From a virus, in the IMG/VR virus record IMGVR_UViG_3300021437_000013, positions 1 to 64,000 of that record: DNA of 64,000 bases, one strand, 5' to 3'. Positions 8,013 to 16,308 of the stretch are shown here, in pieces. Positions within the stretch are counted from its first letter, which is position 1; each line of letters begins with the position of its first letter. The notes beneath the pieces were generated by a model. The model ran no database searches. It saw only the letters and a program-made list of their open reading frames with translations, and had not been told where the DNA came from. The position numbers were made by a program, and so were the translations under genes.

Positions 8013-9852
8013 CCGAACATGCTACTTGTTCTACTCTCTCCGTCTTATCTTCAACTTCTACTACTTTAGTTAAATCAATGCCATTAACAAGCTTACTCAT
8101 TTCCTCAAACTGCTCTTTAGTACAATCTTCAAATGGAGCTTGAACATAAGTATGGTCTGAGAAAGGTAATAGTGATACTCCATTATACAATTCTCTGTTA
8201 TTCCACATTAAATCCCTTACAGTTTCCCATTCAGTTTCTCTAACCGAAATAGTCAGGGATACGTTATGAGTATTATCACCGCTTCTGTGGCCGTTTCTTA
8301 CCCATTGTGTATTATATTGCATAGCTCTATTAAAAAGAGTTTCAGCCGTTTCATCATGTCTTATTATAGAACCTTCTGGCGATTCTTGAGGGATACTAAC
8401 TACTACACCAGTAGCACTAAACTTATCATCTTCTACTAAAGCAGGTATTACATTTTTTAAATATACTGCTAACGCATCATCTTTATTCATACGAATACGA
8501 CGAATATAATATCTTGCATGTCTTGCATGAATACCAGATGAAGAACCAAGTACACATGATGCCGTTCCTTCTGGTTTAACGGCCGTTATCCTTGCTGCTG
8601 CATTAATACCAAGCTTCTTTGCAAACTTAGCATTAACTTCTTTTGCAAGCTCCGCTCCCTCTGCTAACCATTCATCGGTTACTATACCTGAACCATCAGC
8701 TATACCAGTAAATGAAACACCAAGTAAAGCTTCTTTCTCGGTAGTCTCTTGCCAAATAGGGCGCAAGTAACTAAAGTCTGTGTATGTGGCTTGTAGTGTT
8801 CCAATAACAGTGGCGGCATATATTCTATTTAAAAAGTCTTTCTTATTTGCGATGTTAGATTGATTGACGGTAGTAAGGTTGCAGAACTGATTTGGCTGTA
8901 GTGCAATTTCACAGCAGGGATTAGTGCCCATATCTTCGTTATTAGTCCAGTAAACGCCGGGTTCACCAGAACCAGAATCACGGCACATATTATAAATATA
9001 ATCAAATTCTTCTTTAGTAGTTTTATCTCTTGGTAATACTGCAGAGTTATTTGCTCTTGCTCTGTATGGGTGCTTCTCCCACCAGTTGCCATGCTTACAA
9101 GTTAGCATTGCTTTATCTGTTCTATCAAACAAACTAATTAAAGCTGCACGACGAATCCCCCCAGCTAATACCGCATCTGATATAATACAAACAATATCAT
9201 GAACTTCAATAGAAGTTAATTTTCTTCCTATAGCCGCATCTAATCTTTCCTCTACTAATTTTAGCATTACTTTTAAAGGTTCTGGGCCGGGCGCTTTTGC
9301 TCCCGTAGTAACTAAGTAACTCCCTTTAGCTCTAATCAAAGAGAAATCAAAGTCTGGTTTAGTTTTGCTAAAAAAATATGCTTCCACTAATACGTTTAAA
9401 GAGTCGGCCCATCCACTAATTGAATCGTGGATAACAAATCTAACGCTTTCGGATGGTTTCTTTATCTTTGGTAACTTTGATATGTGTCGTTGTTGAACTG
9501 AATACCCAAACCCAACACCAGATAGTAAAAGAAATAGCGCTTCACTAAAAATCTTAGTGTCGTCTATTGGTGCAAATGAACAGTTGTAACTTCTAACATT
9601 ATTCTTTATAACAGCTTCACCAGCAAACTGTAAAGCTCTCATTGAGGGCATTACTTTTAATTCATGAATGTATTTAAATGCTTTAAGTATCTCATTTGAT
9701 AGATGAGGGAACTTATTTAGGTGCATAACCATTGCACGGTTGATAGTCTCTGATAATGTTTCTCGTCTTCCTAAATGTCCTATATGTTTTGCGTATGTTC
9801 TAAATGCGGTAACTTCTGATAATAGTTTATTAGATAAGTTCATAGAGGTCAT
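7990..9852 (-). CDS. nrdJ: class II (adenosylcobalamin-dependent) ribonucleotide reductase
   Basis: YNC, GGIRRAALI, TNPCCEI, FCNL, VKPEGT and C-terminal ACSGGLCEI. No small subunit is nearby. Confidence 0.93.
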   Translation of the reverse strand: MTSMNLSNKLLSEVTAFRTYAKHIGHLGRRETLSETINRAMVMHLNKFPHLSNEILKAFKYIHELKVMPSMRALQFAGEAVIKNNVRSYNCSFAPIDDTKIFSEALFLLLSGVGFGYSVQQRHISKLPKIKKPSESVRFVIHDSISGWADSLNVLVEAYFFSKTKPDFDFSLIRAKGSYLVTTGAKAPGPEPLKVMLKLVEERLDAAIGRKLTSIEVHDIVCIISDAVLAGGIRRAALISLFDRTDKAMLTCKHGNWWEKHPYRARANNSAVLPRDKTTKEEFDYIYNMCRDSGSGEPGVYWTNNEDMGTNPCCEIALQPNQFCNLTTVNQSNIANKKDFLNRIYAATVIGTLQATYTDFSYLRPIWQETTEKEALLGVSFTGIADGSGIVTDEWLAEGAELAKEVNAKFAKKLGINAAARITAVKPEGTASCVLGSSSGIHARHARYYIRRIRMNKDDALAVYLKNVIPALVEDDKFSATGVVVSIPQESPEGSIIRHDETAETLFNRAMQYNTQWVRNGHRSGDNTHNVSLTISVRETEWETVRDLMWNNRELYNGVSLLPFSDHTYVQAPFEDCTKEQFEEMSKLVNGIDLTKVVEVEDKTERVEQVACSGGLCEIV

Positions 9853-9869
9853 TTACTACTCCTAAGTAA

Positions 9870-10052
9870 TTAAAATTGTGATTCTAAAATTGATAATGCT
9901 TCTTTCAATTCCGCTATAGATAATAGCATCTTTGGTGAATTAACCTCGATAGCTACTACAGACTTGTTATCTTCTGATACTCTAAGTTTTAATACTTCCT
10001 CAGATTCATCAGCCATCTTAATAGATAATTCAAATGTCTTACTAATTGGCAT
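9870..10052 (-). CDS. hypothetical protein
   Basis: ORF with an AGGAG RBS. Confidence 0.55.
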   Translation of the reverse strand: MPISKTFELSIKMADESEEVLKLRVSEDNKSVVAIEVNSPKMLLSIAELKEALSILESQF

Positions 10053-10250
10053 ACTATCTCCTAATTTTTTGAATGTGCTTCTTGTTTCATCTTAGCTCTC
10101 ATACCTGCTAAGTCTGACTCATCTTGTAAAGCTTTATGGCCTGCACAAGCTGATACAATCAACAAGATACCAACTATCACAAGTAGCATCTCAATAAATC
10201 CATTATTCAAAAATCTTCCTTTACTCATACAATCTCCTTTTTGGTCTTTC

Positions 10251-10279
10251 AGTATATTCTATCTCATTACAATTGTCAA
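10251..10279 (-). promoter_or_regulatory. sigma70-type early promoter
   Basis: TTGACA-17-TATACT with an AT-rich UP tract TAAAATAAATG, identical to the tract of the promoter at 11662-11689. Confidence 0.8.
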
Positions 10280-10299
10280 CATTTATTTTAAGCTTATTA

Positions 10300-10728
10300 T
10301 TAGCCCTTTAAAGGGATTCTAATCTGCTTGTGTAGGGTAACACCTAAAAGCATCTCCAACGTGTTTAAACGCTTATAATGACGTTTAAACGTGTGGTAGT
10401 ATGTGTTGCTCTTAACTCCCTGCTTACCTAACTTCTTAGCACCCTGTAGCCCTCTATTATAACAAACAACCCACGAGAAATCTAAGAACTTACCACTAAG
10501 TTTATCTCGACATTCCTTTAGGATGCTTGTACCTATCTCAATATTCTTACAAGGGTCGAATATCTTTTTCTTATGTAATTGCATTAGGCCGTAATCTTTT
10601 GTTTTAGATACAGCTTTAACTTTGTAATTACTTTCCAGTGATACAATTGCATTGATTGCTGATACATCTACATTCTGCATTAAACTGGCTTTCACCATGC
10701 ACATCTGTATTATTCCCATGATTTCCAT
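10300..10728 (-). CDS. soluble lytic transglycosylase (SLT domain)
   Basis: AIVSLES (catalytic Glu), DYGLMQL, NIEIGTSIL and YNRG motifs. Confidence 0.9.
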   Translation of the reverse strand: MEIMGIIQMCMVKASLMQNVDVSAINAIVSLESNYKVKAVSKTKDYGLMQLHKKKIFDPCKNIEIGTSILKECRDKLSGKFLDFSWVVCYNRGLQGAKKLGKQGVKSNTYYHTFKRHYKRLNTLEMLLGVTLHKQIRIPLKG

Positions 10729-10751
10729 ATTATCCTCCTATTTACAGAAGG

Positions 10752-11149
10752 TTACATATTCGGGTCTTCAAACTCACCATAATCATATGATAGTTCACCC
10801 ATTAAAAATTGTAACTCTTCCTCTGAACCATACACTAATGCCATTGATTTATTCTTTAATTCCATTAGCATAAAATCTCTTATTACATTAGCTTTAATCA
10901 GTGTACCTTTCTTTTCTGGAATAAGCAATGGTTTTTTTAGTGTAGACATGCGGCCACCTTGTTTAGTTCATTAATAATCTCTTTATCATCTGCAATTGTT
11001 ATGCCAGAATTAAAGCTTAAGAACTTAAACCCCTTTGATGCACCAGACATGATTTCATAACGGCCAACAAGTCTCTCGGCATCTAATACTTCTAATAAAT
11101 ATACTAAGCCATGAATATTATGTATGTAAACTTCCCTATTTTGTAGCAT
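10752..11149 (-). CDS. two small hypothetical proteins (10752-10949 and 10937-11149)
   Basis: Coupled ORFs in the early region. Confidence 0.55.
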
Positions 11150-11157
11150 AATCGCTC

Positions 11158-11632
11158 CTAATTATCACCAAATTCTTGTTTAAGTGTGCTTTTGTTTTCT
11201 TTATCCATCTCGTTCTTAAGACGCTCTTGCGTGATTAAGTCTTTCATCTCATTAACCTTATCAGTTTCTTTGTTAGCATGAACAATTAAGAAAATGTTTG
11301 AAGATAATAAAAATGCAACTAATAATCCCATAAATGCTCCTATTTTAAGTGACTTTCAATAAACTTTATGATTGCTACTAATCCTACTGCCATTATAAGC
11401 GGTAAGATTATGATGCAAACTACTAAATATCCTACTAAAAAAGCTATTGTTTCCATGTGTCTCCTATTTTAATACGCTGTAAATCAAGTAAATGAATGGT
11501 GCTAACAACATTAAGCCACCAACAACACCTACTACACCAGTTTTAGCAATTGTTACTGTAGTATCTACATCATCAGTTGAGATTGTGAAGATAAAGTAAG
11601 CTACTACTGCTAAAATTAATAATGTAATCATC
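11158..11632 (-). CDS. three small hydrophobic membrane peptides missing from the ORF track (approximately 11158-11331, 11341-11456, 11465-11632)
   Basis: Translated by eye as MGLLVAFLLSSNIFLIVH..., METIAFLVGYLVVCIIILPLIMAVGLVAII... and MMITLLILAVVAYFIF..., each behind AGGAG. Confidence 0.55.
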
Positions 11633-11661
11633 AGGTACTCCTTGTTTTGTTTCTTGAATCT

Positions 11662-11689
11662 AGGATATCATATCCATTAAATATGTCAA
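11662..11689 (-). promoter_or_regulatory. sigma70-type early promoter
   Basis: TTGACA-16 (ending TGA)-TATCCT. Confidence 0.65.
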
Positions 11690-11697
11690 CATTTATT

Positions 11698-11919
11698 TTA
11701 AGCCACTAACTTCACTTTACCATAATTTACATAAGTCTTTGTCTTATCTTGTTCACTTCGTCTATTAAGCTCTAATAGCCATTTAAAGCTGTCTACGGCT
11801 CTACCCTCATAGATAGTAGCGGCTTCTACATCACCATGCTCTAATGCCTTAATAACCATCTTAAACTGGATTCTTATTGTATTAATCATGTGTTGTTTTT
11901 GTGCGTTTGTCATAACCAC
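11698..11919 (-). CDS. hypothetical early protein
   Basis: ORF directly downstream of a promoter. Confidence 0.6.
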   Translation of the reverse strand: MVMTNAQKQHMINTIRIQFKMVIKALEHGDVEAATIYEGRAVDSFKWLLELNRRSEQDKTKTYVNYGKVKLVA

Positions 11920-11929
11920 CTCTGATATT

Positions 11930-11957
11930 AGTATATCATACTAAATATCCATGTCAA
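11930..11957 (-). promoter_or_regulatory. sigma70-type early promoter
   Basis: TTGACA-16 (ending TGA)-TATACT. Confidence 0.75.
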
Positions 11958-12399
11958 TCTCTAAAAGCTCCATGAATAAAATATTATCTGCCATATCTGC
12001 GGCTAAATAGATAACTTCAAGTTGATTCTCGGATAAGTCTTCACATATTGCTATGTTTTGTAATGCGTTGATTGTTTCTTTAAGGTTACTTAATGCCACT
12101 AATGCTTTATCTTTGTTGTTCATATATGCTCCCAAAACTGAGTAATCCTATGCTCTCTTAACTAAGTAACTGTACTCTCTTCTGTACATTAAGCTACCAT
12201 CTGGTAATACTGTTTCAACTCCATCAGTTGATAAGATTGATGCTCTATCTTGTGGATTCTTTAAGCTGTTAGCATATCCATGGTCATTTACGAACATCTT
12301 TTGGCTTGAAGCTACATATTCATCCATCATTTGGTTAGCTCTGTCTAAAGTAACGATTAATACTTCTACTTTACGATTAGCCATGATTGAGTTTTTCAT
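11941..12399 (-). CDS. two hypothetical early proteins (11941-12135 and 12148-12399)
   Basis: ORFs with GGAG RBSs, the first genes of the leftward arm. Confidence 0.6.
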
Positions 12400-12427
12400 A
12401 TAAGCTCCTTGGTTGTTTGTTACCTGT

Positions 12428-12455
12428 AGTCTACCATACCTAAACTATCTGTCAA
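12428..12455 (-). promoter_or_regulatory. sigma70-type early promoter
   Basis: TTGACA-16 (ending TGG)-TAGACT. Confidence 0.7.
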
Positions 12456-12482
12456 TACTTAATTTACATTATTTTGATATTC

Positions 12483-12815
12483 GGGAATAGGAAGGGCAAA
12501 GTGTTCTTAGTCTTCATGAACAGCTTAGTATGCAGGTTTGTGATGCCCGAGGTCAAACATAGAGCTTGTAAGGTATGCATTGCCTAAGATTTGGTTAGTG
12601 TTTACACACCATGAAGAACTTAGGCCAGAGAAAAAAGGGTAACAAGAACTGTTTGCATATTATCCTAACTCGCAACTACTATAATCTATCAGCTTCTTTT
12701 CCCACTTTGCCTATTTCCCTTTCAAGATTGTAAGCTGACAGATTTGCTACACTTAAGTAGCTATATTTTAGTTTATGTCCAAAATAGATAAATGACGTAG
12801 GATTGTAGAATATCA
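12483..12815 (+). ncRNA. candidate structured ncRNA, copy A (homologous to 15913-16250)
   Basis: No ORF. Helices 12495-12503/12703-12711 and 12511-12518/12610-12617 covary with copy B, and the 3' block is 35/40 nt identical. Confidence 0.7.
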
Positions 12816-13181
12816 TAAGATGCAACAAATGTAAAGGTATAATACACTTACAACACATTGTAGCTACATTTTACTTATTCTTTAGTAATTACATGAGGTT
12901 ACTATGATACATCTATGATACAAGCTATATTTAATATACTAATATTAACAGGTTTGTTAATTTAAGTAGATTCATTATTCTAATTGATGATTAGTTGATA
13001 CATCTTAAACCAATGGCACTTATTGCCATTATTTGCCAAACGATAGTATATCAATCTTACTATAGTTTAGTGTTTCAGACTAACTTTTTCTATGTTTTTA
13101 TAAAATACAAGTAAGTGATTCTTTAGTAAATACTAGTAGTTGCTATATGCTTTTATGTACACAATATATTTCATGTACATT

Positions 13182-13221
13182 AAACTGTTACAAACTGTTA
13201 CAAAATGTTACAAATTGTGAC
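13182..13221. repeat. four tandem 10-bp iteron-like repeats
   Basis: AAACTGTTAC, AAACTGTTAC, AAAATGTTAC, AAATTGTGAC inside a very AT-rich non-coding stretch. Confidence 0.8.
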
Positions 13222-13395
13222 ACTATTTAGCAGATTAATGCTGAAATTTGAATTAACATCGTAGTATTAATTATAGGACATAATTACCTTTTATGCTGAA
13301 AATACCATCTGTAGTGTTAATATTTTGATACTAAACCTAACTAATATCTTGTATTAATTATACTAATATGTTAGTATGATAAAATAGGAGGTTCT

Positions 13396-14001
13396 ATGGC
13401 TAAAAAACTAAACATAAAGCTTATACTGGCCGCACAAATGGCTAAAGGTATAAACCCAGAAGATGAAAAGATTAGGATTAAGCAGAAGGTTGAAAATGAG
13501 GAAGAGAGATTGCGACAACTTAGGTTTGAAAATCTTAAAAGAAGTATAACTTATCAAGCCGGGCTAATCGAACATAGAGATGATAGTCAAGACATAATCA
13601 ATACTATGGTTAAGGATAAGAGGAAGCTGTTTCTAAAAGAATATAAAGGATTCTCAATCCCTAATTCTTATATGTCATATTCTCAATGGAAAGTAGAACA
13701 CGCTACAATTAGCCATCCTATGTCCTATTTAAGAAACGTAAGATTACATAAAGGAATAGAGTATTTAGGTAATAAAGAGGAGATACTACAAGATATTAGA
13801 AGTAGAATAGATACTTACAATATGTATCATCCTACAGATAAGTTTAATAATCGGATATTTGATGATATAAGACATATACTAAAGAATCTTGCTGAGTATA
13901 TACCTGATATTATGAGTGATTCAGAACTTATATTTGAGTTTAAAGCAAGACACATCACTCCTAAGAATAGACACAACCCATTTATACCGCTTAACAACTA
14001 A
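13396..14001 (+). CDS. hypothetical protein (basic, helical)
   Basis: 201-aa ORF with a perfect AGGAGG RBS and no motif I recognise. Confidence 0.75.
   Translation: MAKKLNIKLILAAQMAKGINPEDEKIRIKQKVENEEERLRQLRFENLKRSITYQAGLIEHRDDSQDIINTMVKDKRKLFLKEYKGFSIPNSYMSYSQWKVEHATISHPMSYLRNVRLHKGIEYLGNKEEILQDIRSRIDTYNMYHPTDKFNNRIFDDIRHILKNLAEYIPDIMSDSELIFEFKARHITPKNRHNPFIPLNN
13992..14000 (+). promoter_or_regulatory. late promoter motif TAACAACTA
   Basis: Exact motif, followed by non-coding structured sequence instead of an RBS and ORF. Confidence 0.7.
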
Positions 14002-14005
14002 ATGT

Positions 14006-14445
14006 GAAGGAATGATAGTAAGCCATAAAGATGAGGGGCGATAATACATCTCTTCTAAAGTTAATAGCTCGTAGGTCTGAGATAATGGAAACAAAGGGTA
14101 GGACTGAAATGAGTGTGTCCAGAGAGTAAGATGAATAAACTTACCACAGGCATTAAAGGAAGCAATAGCTTCACTGCTTATAACAACCAAGCTTAAGCAG
14201 AAGGATATAGAAAGTCTTATCCTTATTTAACTTTAGACGTTTCAACCTCGGTAAGTTGAATAGTTAATGGAGCATATATCTTACCCATTAACAATAAATA
14301 GATACTTCTTAGGAAGAACTATATCTAAAAGCGACACTGAGCAATACATTTACAATGTCTTAGGCAACTTGGTCATGAGACAAAAGGTTAAGTGAAAGTG
14401 TATGTGACTTAGCAGCTACATAACCAGTCCTCTCTTCTTACCTCT
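14006..14445 (+). ncRNA. candidate ornate structured ncRNA (RNA C)
   Basis: About 12 contiguous hairpins, a perfect 11-bp long-range helix (14054-14064/14227-14237) and a 5'/3' closing helix. Starts at a late promoter. Confidence 0.7.
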
Positions 14446-14498
14446 TAAGGTTATCTTAGTATAGCAACCTAACCAGTAGCATAACTGAGTAAAATCAA

Positions 14499-14521
14499 GG
14501 GGTTAGGGGTAGGGTAGGGGG
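14499..14521 (+). other. canonical G-quadruplex motif
   Basis: GGGG-TTA-GGGG-TA-GGG-TA-GGGGG. Confidence 0.75.
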
Positions 14522-14762
14522 TAAATAGGTAGCCTGTTGGGGACGTTTAACCGCTCATATTTACAAACTTAAAATTAAAATAGAAACATTACCAGAATAA
14601 CCCTGACTTGGTAAGTGGTTAAAATACATCGTATAAAGCTATTAGAGGCTTATAGAGGGGTTAGAATGGTAATGGTAGGGGGTATATAGGGGGAAACCCT
14701 TAATCCTCTTAAAATGCCTATTACAGCATTAGGATACTTAGAAACAACCTTGTTCTTGTTAG

Positions 14763-14771
14763 TAACAACTA
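14763..14771 (+). promoter_or_regulatory. late promoter motif TAACAACTA
   Basis: Exact motif upstream of GAGG and the ATG at 14787. Confidence 0.75.
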
Positions 14772-14786
14772 TCAGTAGAGGTTGAT

Positions 14787-15461
14787 ATGATTGATTTAAA
14801 CATAATAGGTTCATGTGTGTATGCATTAATTGATGATAATAATAAAGAGGTTATTGTTATTGGTACCAGTAATGGATATAAGGGATTAGTAGAAGAGATG
14901 TATTGTATATCTACTAAAGTTAAATATGATGGGTTTACAGTTACTAACGTTGTAGCTTCACCATTACCAGAAGAATCCAGAATCAGATTACAAACAATAG
15001 ATAAGCTTATTACTGAATACACAAATAAACAGTATATAGTTAGAAACAGCACTAGAAAACGTAGTAGTATGACTTATAAGATTATCTGTAAAAGTATGAA
15101 ACTTGGTGGGATGATAACCAGACAGAACATCTTCATAGTTATAGAGAAGAGTATTAAGTATAATGGTAAAGTCCGTGGAGTATTTGAGTCTAACGAAGAG
15201 GCTAACAACTTCATTGACTACTTAAAGAGTATGAATGAGGATATGTTACGGCCACTATCTGCATGTAATGCACTTACTAAAGCTTGGACATTAGAAGAAG
15301 AAAGACAGAAATCAGAGTATTTAATACCCGGTAAGAAGACTGTGACAGTAAGTATGGATGGTCACGGGAAAGAGGCTAGAAGGATATCTTATCCTAGAGC
15401 TGTAATACTACATAACATTAAGCAGATGTTAGCCGGGTTACCTACAATGCCACTTAACTAA
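14787..15461 (+). CDS. hypothetical protein, possibly with a degenerate GIY-YIG-like N-terminus
   Basis: SCVYALIDDNNKEVIVIGTS has GIY...YIG-like spacing but is degenerate. Confidence 0.6.
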   Translation: MIDLNIIGSCVYALIDDNNKEVIVIGTSNGYKGLVEEMYCISTKVKYDGFTVTNVVASPLPEESRIRLQTIDKLITEYTNKQYIVRNSTRKRSSMTYKIICKSMKLGGMITRQNIFIVIEKSIKYNGKVRGVFESNEEANNFIDYLKSMNEDMLRPLSACNALTKAWTLEEERQKSEYLIPGKKTVTVSMDGHGKEARRISYPRAVILHNIKQMLAGLPTMPLN

Positions 15462-15835
15462 TAATTATGCATATGTCGTAGTATTGCAACTTGATCTAAG
15501 AAGCTAATATTAAGCTTTTGAAGCTGTGTACGTTTAGCCTTAGGTACACTAGCCAACTCTAATTGTAACGTGTTTAAATCGAAATTAGGTGCCTTAGATA
15601 ACGTCTTAAGTAACACCTCTGCTGATATCTCTTTAAGATGCTTACGGTTGGCATACTTAACGTTAAATACACATTCTGGATTAAGGATATCTTTCTCATA
15701 CTCTATTTCTAACCCCATACCATCATATACACCAGTTAATACTAATTCTATCTTACTGTGACTAACTACATCAAATGATTCAGATACAATTAAGTAATGC
15801 TCAGTCATGTTGTGTTTGTATTTGTAATATTTCAT
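15458..15835 (-). CDS. hypothetical early protein
   Basis: AAGGAG RBS and its own sigma70 promoter. Confidence 0.7.
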   Translation of the reverse strand: MKYYKYKHNMTEHYLIVSESFDVVSHSKIELVLTGVYDGMGLEIEYEKDILNPECVFNVKYANRKHLKEISAEVLLKTLSKAPNFDLNTLQLELASVPKAKRTQLQKLNISFLDQVAILRHMHNY

Positions 15836-15852
15836 ATTTACTCCTTACCTTC

Positions 15853-15880
15853 ACTATATCATAGCTACATATTAAGTCAA
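15853..15880 (-). promoter_or_regulatory. sigma70-type early promoter
   Basis: TTGACT-16 (ending TGA)-TATAGT. Confidence 0.7.
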
Positions 15881-15912
15881 CAAGTATCTATAATAATACT
15901 AATATTCATTTT

Positions 15913-16250
15913 AGACAATAGGAGGGGCAAGGCATCTTTGTCCTAATAATAGCCCCTGGGGGAGGGTTATGCGCCGATAGACTTGCTTGGTAGTGTTGCT
16001 CAGGATTTGTTTAGTGCTATTAACACCATTAGGAACACAGAGCTGGAGACAAAAAGAAACAGAACCATTTACACTAATATCCAAGTTACGCTATCTCATG
16101 TCGGTGTATCATCTACTTTACTGTGCCTTGCCTTATCTCTTTTTGCAGCTTAGTAGTGAATTCCAGGTTATCTTTATACTGCTAACTCTCACAGTTGTCT
16201 TTTTAGGTTATGTCCAAAAAGGGTAAATGACGTAGGATGATAGAATAACA
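15913..16250 (+). ncRNA. candidate structured ncRNA, copy B (homologous to 12483-12815)
   Basis: Helices 15926-15934/16124-16132, 15941-15947/16028-16034 and 16107-16113/16236-16242, with compensatory changes relative to copy A. Confidence 0.7.
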
Positions 16251-16308
16251 CAGAAAGGTAGATAAATCAATAATTATTATATTATTTAGTTGACAAATGA
16301 ATAGAAAC

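Noticed and set aside
13182-13221. CRISPR-like array
   Set aside because: The repeats are contiguous 10-mers with no spacers, and no cas genes are present.
13921-14190. 89-aa minus-strand ORF over RNA C
   Set aside because: It has a TTG start, overlaps the 201-aa gene in antisense and shows no recognisable motif. The hairpin tiling explains the sequence better.
15987-16226. 79-aa plus-strand ORF inside RNA B
   Set aside because: It has a TTG start without a well-placed RBS, there is no equivalent ORF in homologous copy A, and the substitutions between copies preserve base pairs and not codons.
12483-16250. RNAs A, B and C as group I/II introns, tmRNA, RNase P or tRNA
   Set aside because: TTATGTCC loosely recalls the group I S element, but no conserved R partner is present in both copies and no gene is interrupted. 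I found no group II domain V, no tRNA-like ends and no RNase P GAGGAAAGUCC core.
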